Shown here: one piece after another, positions 38,868 through 47,707 of the stretch
How positions within the stretch are numbered: the first letter of the stretch is position 1
Layout: every line of letters begins with the position of its first letter
Source: an uncultured Eubacteriales bacterium
GTDB lineage: Bacteria > Bacillota > Clostridia > Oscillospirales > CAG-272
Direction of reading: 5' to 3'
Length of the DNA: 64,000 nt
NCBI GenBank assembly: GCA_958352145.1
Contig: CATWNM010000001.1
Location: 69,524-133,523, forward strand
The notes under the pieces: generated by a model
Told to the model about the DNA's origin: nothing
Databases searched by the model: none
Seen by the model: the letters and a program-made list of their open reading frames with translations, nothing else
Translations under genes and position numbers: made by a program

Positions 38868-39779
38868 CTATCCCTTTACTCCGCCGGCGTAAGCCACGCC
38901 CTCGACGATGTAATCCTCGCTGTACAAAAAAGTGAGTATCGGAATAATCATATAAATGCTGGCTACTGCAAAAGCAAGCGCGGAATCCCCAGTATTAATC
39001 TGAGACAGGAATACCGATAGCGGATGCAGATCTGTATTTTTAAGCAGAACAAGCGGCTGCTCCACCATGTTCCAATAGTCGATGAAAATAAGAATCGCGA
39101 CCGAATAGATAATGCCCTTGGACATCGGCAGACAAATGCGAAAAAACATCTGTATTTCGCCCGCACCGTCCAATTTTGCGGCTTCAATAATCGCGGGCGG
39201 GATTCTCCGCATAAATTTGGTCAGTATAAACACGGCAAAAGGGGAAAATGCGCCCGGCAATATGATCGCCCATCTCGTATCTAAAATACCAAGCCACTCA
39301 GATACGAGAAAATTGGGCACCAACGTGACCTGATAAGGCATCAGCATCAAGATCACATAGGAAAAAAACACAATGCTCCGCAGCTTTCCCGAAAAACGGG
39401 CAAAGCCATACGCGGCGAGCAAAGCGATAAAAATCTGAAACACGACGATAGGCACCGTCAAAATCATGGAATTCCAAAATTTTAACAGATACTGAGGATT
39501 TTTGAACAAAACGTTTTCATATTGATCGAAAACCACCATATCCGGTATCAGCTTCAAATTGGTATCCTCAGAAACATACGTCTTCGCATCGCCGGACACG
39601 CTTTCAAACACATGTCCGTAATTAGCCGCAATTTCAGTCTTGGACATCAACGAATTTGTAAAAGTCAAAAGCGTTGGCATGATAAACACAATACATATGC
39701 TGAGGAAAAATAGAAAAAGGATCGCTGTGACCGTCCCCTGCCGCACAGCACGGAGCTTCTTGCGCATAGGCGCTTTCAT
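38868..39779 (-). CDS. Carbohydrate-type (CUT1, MalG-like) ABC importer permease
   Basis: 303 aa. EAA-loop region ...IIEAAKLDGAGEIQMFFRICLPM. Confidence 0.88.
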   Translation of the reverse strand: MKAPMRKKLRAVRQGTVTAILFLFFLSICIVFIMPTLLTFTNSLMSKTEIAANYGHVFESVSGDAKTYVSEDTNLKLIPDMVVFDQYENVLFKNPQYLLKFWNSMILTVPIVVFQIFIALLAAYGFARFSGKLRSIVFFSYVILMLMPYQVTLVPNFLVSEWLGILDTRWAIILPGAFSPFAVFILTKFMRRIPPAIIEAAKLDGAGEIQMFFRICLPMSKGIIYSVAILIFIDYWNMVEQPLVLLKNTDLHPLSVFLSQINTGDSALAFAVASIYMIIPILTFLYSEDYIVEGVAYAGGVKG

Positions 39780-40657
39780 TCCACATCCCTCCCCACCTTG
39801 TCTTCAATCAGGAAGAGTACGCCGATCAGCACGATCATCACCGCGCACATCAGGATCGCAGCTGCAGACAGCTTTTGATAATCCAGATTCTTGAACGTGT
39901 TGTTCATAAAATGCTGCAGCATATAAAGCGTATCATACGGATAATTGCCGGTCATAAGATACACCTCTCGGAAAATTTTAAACGAGTTAATCAAAGATAA
40001 AATCGTTACAAAAAGAATCGTAGAGGATATGTAAGGCAGTTTGATCCTATAAAACACCCGAACTGGACCCGCGCCGTCCAGCATACACGCTTCTGTGATG
40101 TCTTTCGGAATATTGGCCAAAGCCGCCATAAACAGAATCATGTTGTATCCGATATTTTTCCAGAGAAACAAGCAGACGATAATGACCACCGCATATTTCG
40201 ACTTAAAAAAATCAATTTTATCAATGCCGAACGCGGACAGAAAGTGGTTCACCGTGCCGTCATAGTGAAAGAGAACTTCCCAGATTAAAACGACCGAAGC
40301 AGTCGGAACCATCAGCGGACTGATTAAGATCGTTTTAAAAAGCGAGGCGCACGGAAGCTTCCGCATCAGCAGCACCGCAAAAAGAAGCGGAATCACAACC
40401 GCAAGCGGCACCGCGATTCCAGAAAAAACAGCCGTATTTTTCATAGCCAGACGAAATGCGCTATTTTCAAAAAGATATTTATAATTTTCTATGCCAACAA
40501 ATTCCTGGCGGATCGGGTTATCGATCACCGAATAATAGCCGACCACAAGAAACGGCAAAATAAAGAAGATCGCCGCGCCAATAAAAGAGGGCGCTATAAA
40601 CAGCGAGGTCTTGGCGCGCTCAATCCGTTCGCGCTTATCCCGCCTGATTTTTTTCAC
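39776..40657 (-). CDS. Carbohydrate-type (CUT1, MalF-like) ABC importer permease
   Basis: 293 aa with a GTG start and GGAGG SD. EAA loop ...ITEACMLDGAGPVRVFYRIKLP. Confidence 0.88.
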   Translation of the reverse strand: MKKIRRDKRERIERAKTSLFIAPSFIGAAIFFILPFLVVGYYSVIDNPIRQEFVGIENYKYLFENSAFRLAMKNTAVFSGIAVPLAVVIPLLFAVLLMRKLPCASLFKTILISPLMVPTASVVLIWEVLFHYDGTVNHFLSAFGIDKIDFFKSKYAVVIIVCLFLWKNIGYNMILFMAALANIPKDITEACMLDGAGPVRVFYRIKLPYISSTILFVTILSLINSFKIFREVYLMTGNYPYDTLYMLQHFMNNTFKNLDYQKLSAAAILMCAVMIVLIGVLFLIEDKVGRDVE

Positions 40658-40721
40658 TGCGTATTTCCTCCTCTTCCCGGCGCTTGCCGCCGCCCACTGT
40701 TCTATTTAAAATAATACAGTT

Positions 40722-40750
40722 ATTATATCACGTCCTGTACATGCCGTCAA
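40722..40750 (-). promoter_or_regulatory. Promoter of the permease/HlyD/SBP operon
   Basis: Minus strand TTGACG-17-TATAAT with TGa extended -10. Confidence 0.55.
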
Positions 40751-40855
40751 TATATTCTATTGAAATTTTAAGAAATGTTAATACTTTTTTCAAGATACTC
40801 TATTGGTTTCTATAATTAGTCGGAACACCCAGCAGAATTCCTCTCGAAAAAAACA

Positions 40856-40873
40856 AAAAACCATAAGGTTTTT
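40856..40873 (-). terminator. Weak terminator after the large serine recombinase gene
   Basis: Minus strand AAAAACC-ttat-GGTTTTT followed by TGTTTTTTT. Confidence 0.4.
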
Positions 40874-40925
40874 CGGTTACAAGGAAGTATATTTTTCAAT
40901 TTGGCGGTATAGCCCCATTCAAGGG

Positions 40926-42584
40926 CTATGCCGTCTGTTCCTGTTTATTGGCTTCTTTCTGTTCCGTCTGCGGGTCGGTCGGCAAATGGATTTCCCCCAC
41001 GAAGTTAAAGACAATATCCACTTTCTGAAAACGCTTGCCGTCTATCTTCTCCGGCGCATGGACAACGATTTTTTTGATAAATTCATTGACGATAGTGGGG
41101 GTTAATTCTGTTATTCCCACATACTTGCGGATAATAGCTGCGAAGCTGTCAAAGTCGCTTTTATTCCGTTCGTAGGTATCGACTTCCTGTTGTTCTGCAT
41201 TTACCTTTTCTGTCAGTTCTTTCTGTTCTGCTTCGTACTCTGCGGACAGCTTCAAAAACCGCTCATGGCTGATTGTGCCGTTGATGTCGTCCTCATAAAT
41301 CCGCTTGAAAATCCGGTCGAGTTCCGCAATCCGTTTTTTTGCCTGTCCTACCTCACGCCGCTTGCGTTTCATGTCCTTTTCAGCTTCATCAAACCGCTGT
41401 TTCTGTATCAGTTCCATAAAGGCGGTAATGTCCTCATAGAACACGGCAGTTACGGCAAATATCCGGTTGAGAACGATTTTCCGCAGGACTTCTTCTCTGA
41501 TGAAGTGCGCCGTACAATCTCCGGTATTGCTTTTATATCTTGCACAGCGGTAGTTGTCTTGTGAACCGTTAAAACTTTTGCAGGTGGCAAAGTGCAGTTT
41601 ACTTCCACAATCCGCACAGAATACCAAGCCGGAAAACATTCCCTGCCGCTCTGCCTTTGTAGGGCGGCGTTTATTTGCCCTTAATTCCTGTACCCGTTCA
41701 AAGACAGCTTCTTCAACGATTGCTTCATGGGTGTTGCGGAAAATTGCCTGCTGTTCCTTTGTGGTGGGAATACGCTTTTTCAGCTTGTGGGATTTGGAAT
41801 AGCTTTTGAAGTTTACTGTATGTCCGCAGTAGTCCATACGTTCCAAAACCGCTACAATCGTGCTTTCATTCCAACTGTACGGATTATCGGGAAGTGATTT
41901 CCCTTTCTGCTTTGCATAATGGGCGCGTGTTGTTAATACCTTATCCGCTTTCAGAAATTTCGCTATCCGCATAGGTCCGTTTCCGGCAACGCATAAATCG
42001 AAAATCCGTTTTACCACAGCGGCGGCTTCTTCATCTACAATCCATTTCTTTCTGTCATTGGGGTCTACCGTATAGCCGTAGGGCGGCTTTGTCAAATGTT
42101 CCCCTGCCATACCCTGTGCTTTCTTGATTGCCCGTACTTTTTTACTGGTATCTTTGGCGTAAAAATCATTAAACAGATTTCGGAAAGGGGTAAAATCATT
42201 GTCGCCTTTTGCACTGTCCACGCCGTCATTGATTGCGATATAGCGTACATCTCTTTCCACGAAAAAGATTTCCGTATAATAGCCGACTTTCAGATAGTCA
42301 CGCCCCAAGCGGGACATATCCTTGACAATGACTGTCGCCACATTTCCGGCTTCAATTTCTGCAATCATGCGGTTAAAATTCGGTCTGTCAAAGGTTACAC
42401 CGGAAACGCCGTCATCAATGAAAAATACCGGATTAGAAAAGCCGTTATCCGAAGCATATTTTGTTAAAACAGCTTTCTGATTGACAATGCTGTTGCTGTC
42501 CCCGTCCAGTGCGTCCTCCTGACTAAGACGGGCATATAATGCGGTTATCTGTTCGGGCTTATATGTATTTGCTGTCATGTTCAT
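40926..42584 (-). CDS. Large serine recombinase (resolvase N-domain, recombinase domain, zinc ribbon, coiled coil)
   Basis: 552 aa. ALYARLSQEDALDGDSNSIVNQ catalytic region, VKDMSRLGRDY, Cys cluster CADCGSKLH...CARYK...C, and a C-terminal coiled coil. Confidence 0.9.
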   Translation of the reverse strand: MNMTANTYKPEQITALYARLSQEDALDGDSNSIVNQKAVLTKYASDNGFSNPVFFIDDGVSGVTFDRPNFNRMIAEIEAGNVATVIVKDMSRLGRDYLKVGYYTEIFFVERDVRYIAINDGVDSAKGDNDFTPFRNLFNDFYAKDTSKKVRAIKKAQGMAGEHLTKPPYGYTVDPNDRKKWIVDEEAAAVVKRIFDLCVAGNGPMRIAKFLKADKVLTTRAHYAKQKGKSLPDNPYSWNESTIVAVLERMDYCGHTVNFKSYSKSHKLKKRIPTTKEQQAIFRNTHEAIVEEAVFERVQELRANKRRPTKAERQGMFSGLVFCADCGSKLHFATCKSFNGSQDNYRCARYKSNTGDCTAHFIREEVLRKIVLNRIFAVTAVFYEDITAFMELIQKQRFDEAEKDMKRKRREVGQAKKRIAELDRIFKRIYEDDINGTISHERFLKLSAEYEAEQKELTEKVNAEQQEVDTYERNKSDFDSFAAIIRKYVGITELTPTIVNEFIKKIVVHAPEKIDGKRFQKVDIVFNFVGEIHLPTDPQTEQKEANKQEQTA

Positions 42585-42838
42585 TTCTCCTGTAATGAAC
42601 GCCCGACAGACAGGTTGCTATCTTCATTATAGCGGACTTCTTTTCCTTTGTCAGCAGGCGTTTTGACGGTTTCTGATTTTATGAGCCACTTCATCTTTTC
42701 AAAAAGCGGTTCAGAGCCGCCGCAAGAGGTAGACATTTCATAAAATGTGCCGCCAATTTTATAAATCACTGTTTCATCTGCCAGATTGCCCTGTTTCTGC
42801 TTATAATCTGCTGTTTTCTGTTCCTGCTTCCTTTCCAT
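42581..42838 (-). CDS. Small TnpW-like transposon protein
   Basis: The ORF is open to 43018; the likely start is MERKQEQK at 42838. The IYKIGGTFYEMSTSCGGSEPLFEKMKWLIKSE pattern recalls TnpW-family proteins. ATGA overlap with the recombinase gene. Confidence 0.5.
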   Translation of the reverse strand: MERKQEQKTADYKQKQGNLADETVIYKIGGTFYEMSTSCGGSEPLFEKMKWLIKSETVKTPADKGKEVRYNEDSNLSVGRSLQEK

Positions 42839-43171
42839 TCCTTTCCCGTCCTTTCTTTGCTTTGTAATATGATAAGTTTCGTAGCAAGCATAGGAAAAGA
42901 GTACCCTTTTCCGAAAATGCCCTGCATTTTGCTTGTTGGGAAGTTTCCCAAACCCTCTGATTTTCCTCTCACTATCTACAACACCACACAGAGCGATTTT
43001 GCCGAAGATTTGAAGCAAATTTTTTGAATTTTTTATATTTCTTTCTATGGGAAAATTTTAGAAATACTGGTACGTCATTAATCATCTCGATTTTCTTTAC
43101 CAATGAACATTTTTTTATATTCTGTGTTATACTATTTATGGTTTAATCGCTTAAACGAAAGGGAGATGTGC

Positions 43172-43525
43172 ATGGAATTAAATGAGAAAATTTTCATTTT
43201 GGCAGATAATTTCTCCACTTCGGCAAAGATATTGACAGCTATCGGTGATGAAACAAGACAGCACCTCATTTTAGAAATGATGAAAATGGGAAACTGTATG
43301 GGTGTCCGAGTAGGTGATATTACAGACAGAACGAACCTTTCTCGTCCGGCGGTTTCACATCATTTACAGATTATGAAGGACGCCGGAATTGTGAAGATGC
43401 GCAAAGAGGGAACAAAAAATTATTATTATTTTGACCCCGAAATGGAAGCCTTTGAACAACTGATTTCTACCTTACAGCTTGCCATGAAAATCTCAAAAGA
43501 ATTGCCAGACAGAAGTGGTGAATAA
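43172..43525 (+). CDS. ArsR/SmtB-family transcriptional regulator
   Basis: GGGAG-N7-ATG at 43172 (MELNEKIF...). HTH ...GDITDRTNLSRPAVSHHLQIMKDAGIV. Confidence 0.8.
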   Translation: MELNEKIFILADNFSTSAKILTAIGDETRQHLILEMMKMGNCMGVRVGDITDRTNLSRPAVSHHLQIMKDAGIVKMRKEGTKNYYYFDPEMEAFEQLISTLQLAMKISKELPDRSGE

Positions 43526-43551
43526 AAAACAAAATTGGAGGTAACTTTATA

Positions 43552-44202
43552 ATGGAACTATTGGAATTAATGAAACATCGTCATAGTGTCCGTCAATACA
43601 AAGATATTGCGATTGATTCAAAACAGCGGGCTGTACTCAATGAATTGATTGAAGAAATCAACAATGAAGCGGGATTACATATTCAGATTTTTTATGATGA
43701 GCCGGAATGTTTTGATTCCATGATGGCACATTATGGCAAATTTACCGGAGTAAAAAATTATATCGCCCTTGTAGGTAAAAAATCTCCGAAACTGGATGAA
43801 ATATTAGGATATTATGGTGAAAAAATTGTTTTGAAAATGCAGGGGCTTGGACTCAATAGTTGTTGGGTGGCAATGACTCATGGCAAAAGCAAAGCAAATA
43901 TTTGCAAGGGAGAAAAACAAATATGTCTGATTGCCTTCGGTTATGGTAAAACACAAGGCGTACCGCATAAAAACAAACCATTACAGGCGGTCTGCAAGGA
44001 TACAACAAATATGCCGGAATGGTTTTTGAGTGGTATAGAAGCGGCACTTCTTGCTCCGACTGCAATGAATCAGCAGAAATTTTTCTTTGAATTATCTGCT
44101 GACAATAAAATCAACGCAGTCTGCGGTAAAGGTTTTTATACAAAAATGGATTTGGGAATTGTAAAATATCATTTTGAAATAGGTTCTGGCAGAAAAATAT
44201 AA
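43552..44202 (+). CDS. Nitroreductase-family protein
   Basis: 216 aa. N-terminal LMKHRHSVRQY motif and later APTAMNQQ. GGAGG SD. Confidence 0.8.
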   Translation: MELLELMKHRHSVRQYKDIAIDSKQRAVLNELIEEINNEAGLHIQIFYDEPECFDSMMAHYGKFTGVKNYIALVGKKSPKLDEILGYYGEKIVLKMQGLGLNSCWVAMTHGKSKANICKGEKQICLIAFGYGKTQGVPHKNKPLQAVCKDTTNMPEWFLSGIEAALLAPTAMNQQKFFFELSADNKINAVCGKGFYTKMDLGIVKYHFEIGSGRKI

Positions 44203-44287
44203 TTATAATCCCTAAAAACTGTTGCCCAACGGGAAAATAAAAAAACCGTTGTTTGGGTGACTGTTTGTTTGCGCACTGGAAAAACAT

Positions 44288-44333
44288 AACGGCGGTTTTG
44301 AAATAATAATCAAAACCGCTGTTTTCTTTTTTT
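44288..44333 (+). terminator. Terminator of the ArsR/nitroreductase unit
   Basis: AACGGCGGTTTTGA-8 nt-TCAAAACCGCTGTT followed by TTCTTTTTTT. Confidence 0.7.
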
Positions 44334-44419
44334 CAAAAGCGAGAGTACAGAGGGTGTATTAAAGTTAGCTGTTTTGAGGATATGGCGGTATGAAATGCAA
44401 AGCATTGGGAGGTATCGCT

Positions 44420-44521
44420 ATGTCCTTTTTCTATAATATTCTTTTGATGAAATTGTTAAAAAAAGTATTTTTTCTATTACGGGATATTATGTTCACAAAG
44501 ATGAATACACATATCATTTAG
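44420..44521 (+). CDS. Possible 33-aa hydrophobic/basic small protein
   Basis: GGGAGG-N7-ATG. MSFFYNILLMKLLKKVFFLLRDIMFTKMNTHII*. Supported only by the SD and position upstream of the sigma-like gene. Confidence 0.25.
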   Translation: MSFFYNILLMKLLKKVFFLLRDIMFTKMNTHII

Positions 44522-44624
44522 TGTACTTAAATAATTCATATTATTCAAACACCCATGTGGTTTTTAGACTGCATGGGCGTTTGTTGTAATAGCCCCCCTA
44601 CTGGGAAGAAAGGGGGTGATGAAA

Positions 44625-45065
44625 ATGAGTTATTCCGTAGAATACAAAGAGCATATTGAATATATGTTCAACGCCTTTTGTAAAGTCGTTCTCCGTAATG
44701 CGGCACTGGGAGCATATCGCGATTTTGGACGAAAGCAGAAACACGAAGTATCGCTTGACTATCTGTTGTCCGACACGTCATTTGAACCGTTCATAACAGA
44801 CAACTACTTTGAACAATATGACAAGCCGACAGTCTTCGTTGTGAAAGGTCAAGAGATTATCGTGGCAAGTGAACGGTTAGCCGACGCATTATCAAAATTG
44901 CCAGCACAACGCCGCGCTGTCCTGCTGATGTATTTCTTTTTGGGCTACACAGATAAAGAAATTGGGAATGTGTATGGACGAAGCAGAAGCACAGCGAACT
45001 ACTGGAAATTAGCGTCTTTGAAAAAGCTAAGAAAGGAACTGGAGGAAACAGACTATGAGGAATAA
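44625..45065 (+). CDS. Sigma-70-family (region 4) protein of the conjugative-transposon type
   Basis: Start chosen at the ATG 8 nt after GGGGG; the ORF is open from 44616. C-terminal LLMYFFLGYTDKEIGNVYGRSRSTANYWKLASLKKLR. Confidence 0.75.
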   Translation: MSYSVEYKEHIEYMFNAFCKVVLRNAALGAYRDFGRKQKHEVSLDYLLSDTSFEPFITDNYFEQYDKPTVFVVKGQEIIVASERLADALSKLPAQRRAVLLMYFFLGYTDKEIGNVYGRSRSTANYWKLASLKKLRKELEETDYEE

Positions 45066-45240
45066 GAAACTGATACCCTTTGAAGTCATTGAAAAAGCTG
45101 TCGCCGGAGAGCCGGAAGCGGTAGACGCGGTACTGCGGCATTATGCCGGACGTATTAAGTATCTGTCAACTTATAAGGGATATATCAACGACGATATTCA
45201 AGACCGTCTGAAATCACAGCTTATCAAAGCTATCCTGTAA
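45055..45240 (+). CDS. Small helix-turn-helix protein (conjugative-transposon HTH_16-like)
   Basis: 61 aa, LIPFEVIEKAVAGEPEAVDAVLRHYAGRIKYLS. Overlaps the sigma-like gene by 11 nt. Confidence 0.65.
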   Translation: MRNKKLIPFEVIEKAVAGEPEAVDAVLRHYAGRIKYLSTYKGYINDDIQDRLKSQLIKAIL

Positions 45241-45711
45241 TTTCGTTTTGACAGGTAGCAGTTAGCAAAAACAGAAAAAGCCGTCAAGGATAAAATGCAC
45301 GCTTACGCGTCCTTGACGGCTTTCCCTGTCTTTGCTGTTGAGCAGCCAAGAGAGCGCAATCGGACAAACCGCTCACGCTCTCAATTCATTATGGAATGTT
45401 ACGCGGTAGAGGTTGATTTTGCCTTGATTTATGCGGCTTTCAGAGAATATAAATCACTTAGGCGATATTTGATATGTCCGCCCTTAAAAATAACGTCCTA
45501 CTGCGTAACAGAGCGCAGAAAAAAGCAGAGAGCCGACCACCTTTTGAGTAGTCAACTCTCTGTTTGCACCTGTCTGTCAGCGTTAGTGATAAGTTGTTGT
45601 GAATACTTCCTTATCAGCGTAAAACTAAATTTTTTGGCATTTTTGTACTTGCTTCCCCGGCGTCAAAACGGTTCCGTATGCCTTGACCGGCATACCTGAT
45701 TCAAAAACAAA

Positions 45712-45735
45712 TGTGCGGCGCATATACGCCGCACA
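45712..45735 (-). terminator. Terminator of the acyl-ACP thioesterase gene
   Basis: TGTGCGGCG-catata-CGCCGCACA, followed on the minus strand by TTTGTTTTTG. Confidence 0.65.
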
Positions 45736-45748
45736 ATAGCCGCTCAGA

Positions 45749-46459
45749 TTAAAAATATAAAACCGCCTCGCAATTGATTTTTCCATCCCGGCGCAGCGTT
45801 TTAAAATAAAAGTTATTCCCCTCCGCTTTGCAAAAAACCGAAAGTTCATCTCCATAAGGCGCTTCCGTCATATAGCTGATATTGATCCCGCGCAGCGCGC
45901 GCCGCTCGATCCCTGGCACAAAATCGGAGAGCATAGACAAATATTTCGTGTTGTTCATATGCCCGTTGACGTCCGCGTCGCTGAAATACACCGGACGCTT
46001 TCCAACTAGTTTGAATTCATCGCTTTGCGGCATACGCACACGCAGCGGAAGATCGAGTTCCAGCGGAGGCTCGATTTCAAACGTATGCTGCACCTCCCCG
46101 ACCCGCACGAGGCTTCGATCTGCCAGGCGCACAAGCGCCCATGAAGAAAACACTTCCGCCGCCGTTTCTCCGTTCACATTCAGCCGGTAGCAGCGATTAT
46201 GCGTCACGCCGCGGCTGTCGCTGCCCCAAGTAATCGCTTCCGCCTCCGCGCCATCCGGCACATCCTGATAGATCCGCATAACAATCCGGCTGACGATAAA
46301 CACCATGCCCATGTGCCGAAGATCATCGTTGCTCGGCGGATAAGCCGCCATATGACGCGTCCCCGCATCTTCCAGCATAGCCAGCAGAGACGCGGGACGC
46401 AGCATGCCGTTCATATCCACATCCTGTCCATAAACTTTTACTTTCTCAATGTATTTCAT
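45749..46459 (-). CDS. Acyl-ACP thioesterase
   Basis: The ORF starts with TTG at 46471; the first ATG is at 46459 (MKYIEKVKVYGQDVDMNGMLRP...). Double hotdog pattern with ...VYFSDADVNGHMNNTKYL. Confidence 0.8.
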   Translation of the reverse strand: MKYIEKVKVYGQDVDMNGMLRPASLLAMLEDAGTRHMAAYPPSNDDLRHMGMVFIVSRIVMRIYQDVPDGAEAEAITWGSDSRGVTHNRCYRLNVNGETAAEVFSSWALVRLADRSLVRVGEVQHTFEIEPPLELDLPLRVRMPQSDEFKLVGKRPVYFSDADVNGHMNNTKYLSMLSDFVPGIERRALRGINISYMTEAPYGDELSVFCKAEGNNFYFKTLRRDGKINCEAVLYF

Positions 46460-46474
46460 ACGTATGTACAAAAA

Positions 46475-46499
46475 CCGCGGCAGATTACACTGCCGCAGC
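46475..46499 (-). terminator. Terminator of fba
   Basis: Minus strand GCTGCGGCAG-tgtaat-CTGCCGCGG followed by TTTTTG. Confidence 0.65.
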
Positions 46500-46518
46500 T
46501 TTTCCTTTCAAAACTCAA

Positions 46519-47448
46519 TTAAAGCGTATTTGCGGAACCGAGTACCGTTTCAATCTTATGCCGGACCATCTTTCTGACTTCATCCCGGCCAACCGTGAGA
46601 TACGTTCTGGGGTCAAATACCTCCGGCTGATTTTTCATAACGCGGCGAATTCCCGCAGTCATGGCAAGCCGGATATCCGAATCAATATTGATTTTGCAAA
46701 CCGCCATAGAAGCCGCACGGCGCAATAGCTCCTCCGGCACGCCGCGCGCGCCGTCAAGATTGCCGCCGCACGCATTGATTTCCTCAACCAGTTCGGGAAT
46801 TACGCTCGAAGCGCCGTGCAGAACAATCGGAAAGCCGGGCAGCCGGCGGGAAATATCCTCCAGAATATCAAAGCGCAGCTTCGGCTCACCCTTGAATTTA
46901 TAGGCGCCATGGCTAGTACCGATCGCAATCGCAAGAGAATCCACGCCAGTACGCGAGACAAATTCCTCTACCTCGCCCGGATCAGTATACATCGCGTCGT
47001 CAGCCGCGACTTTCACATCGTCCTCAATACCGGCAAGTTTTCCGAGTTCACCTTCGACGACTACGCCGTGGGCATGCGCATAGTCCACGACCTGTTTGGT
47101 CAGTGCGACATTCTCCTCAAAGCTGTAATGAGAACCGTCGATCATGACCGAAGTAAAGCCACCGTCGATGCAGGCTTTGCAGATCTCAAAATCGGCGCCA
47201 TGATCCAGATGCAGCGCGAGATCTACGCCCGTATCCTTGATCGCCGCCTGTGCCAACGCGACCAGATACTCATGCTTCGCATACTTTCTCGCGCCGGCCG
47301 AAACCTGCAGGATCACCGGAGACCGAAGTTCTTCCGCCGCTTCGGTAATCGCCTGGATAATCTCCATATTGTTAATGTTGAAAGCGCCGATAGCATACCC
47401 GCCCTCATACGCCTTTTTAAACATTTCTTTCGTGGTTACAAGTGCCAT
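46519..47448 (-). CDS. fba: Class II fructose-1,6-bisphosphate aldolase
   Basis: The ORF is open to 47637, but AGGAGAG-N5-ATG at 47446-47448 gives MALVTTKEMFKKAYEGGYAIGAFNINNME. Motifs LHLDHG and GTSHGAYKF. Confidence 0.92.
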   Translation of the reverse strand: MALVTTKEMFKKAYEGGYAIGAFNINNMEIIQAITEAAEELRSPVILQVSAGARKYAKHEYLVALAQAAIKDTGVDLALHLDHGADFEICKACIDGGFTSVMIDGSHYSFEENVALTKQVVDYAHAHGVVVEGELGKLAGIEDDVKVAADDAMYTDPGEVEEFVSRTGVDSLAIAIGTSHGAYKFKGEPKLRFDILEDISRRLPGFPIVLHGASSVIPELVEEINACGGNLDGARGVPEELLRRAASMAVCKINIDSDIRLAMTAGIRRVMKNQPEVFDPRTYLTVGRDEVRKMVRHKIETVLGSANTL

Positions 47449-47608
47449 ATTTTCTCTCCTGTACTGTAAAATTTTTATTTTTAAATATTCTTTTATAGTA
47501 TCTGTTAAACAGACCGGCAGTAAACATGCAAAGAACGACAAGTGCCGGTTCCTATGCATCATACAATCCAATATATCTCCAGATTTGTTAAATCCTGAAC
47601 ATAGTATA

Positions 47609-47637
47609 ATTGTATCGCACCTTCCCCAAAAAAGCAA
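47609..47637 (-). promoter_or_regulatory. Candidate fba promoter (implies a ~155-nt leader)
   Basis: Minus strand TTGCTT-17-TACAAT. Confidence 0.35.
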
Positions 47638-47707
47638 GTGTTTTTAATAGATTTATTTGAAAAGGAATGCGCCGTTCCACGCTATAAAAATGCAGGCCAA
47701 AAATAAA

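Larger units (their letters stand above)
40760..45690. mobile_element. ~5-kb AT-rich integrative element (large serine recombinase type); boundaries approximate
   Basis: Visibly lower GC than both flanks. Contains a TnpW-like gene plus a large serine recombinase, an ArsR/nitroreductase cargo, and the sigma-like/HTH pair typical of clostridial conjugative or mobilisable transposons. No conjugation genes. Ends are set only by the compositional shift and flanking host signals. Confidence 0.6.

Noticed and set aside
40776-40800. ACTTTTTTCAAG near the left edge of the AT-rich island resembles the ACTTTTTTGTAA half-site of the invertase site (9/12).
   Set aside because: There is no matching second half-site at the required 2-bp spacing (5/12), and the region is generally A/T-rich. 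It is probably coincidental.
45295-45699. 134-aa plus-strand ORF in the right end of the AT-rich island.
   Set aside because: It has no SD, begins inside a hairpin loop, and has no recognisable motif. The region more likely holds the non-coding element end (att region).
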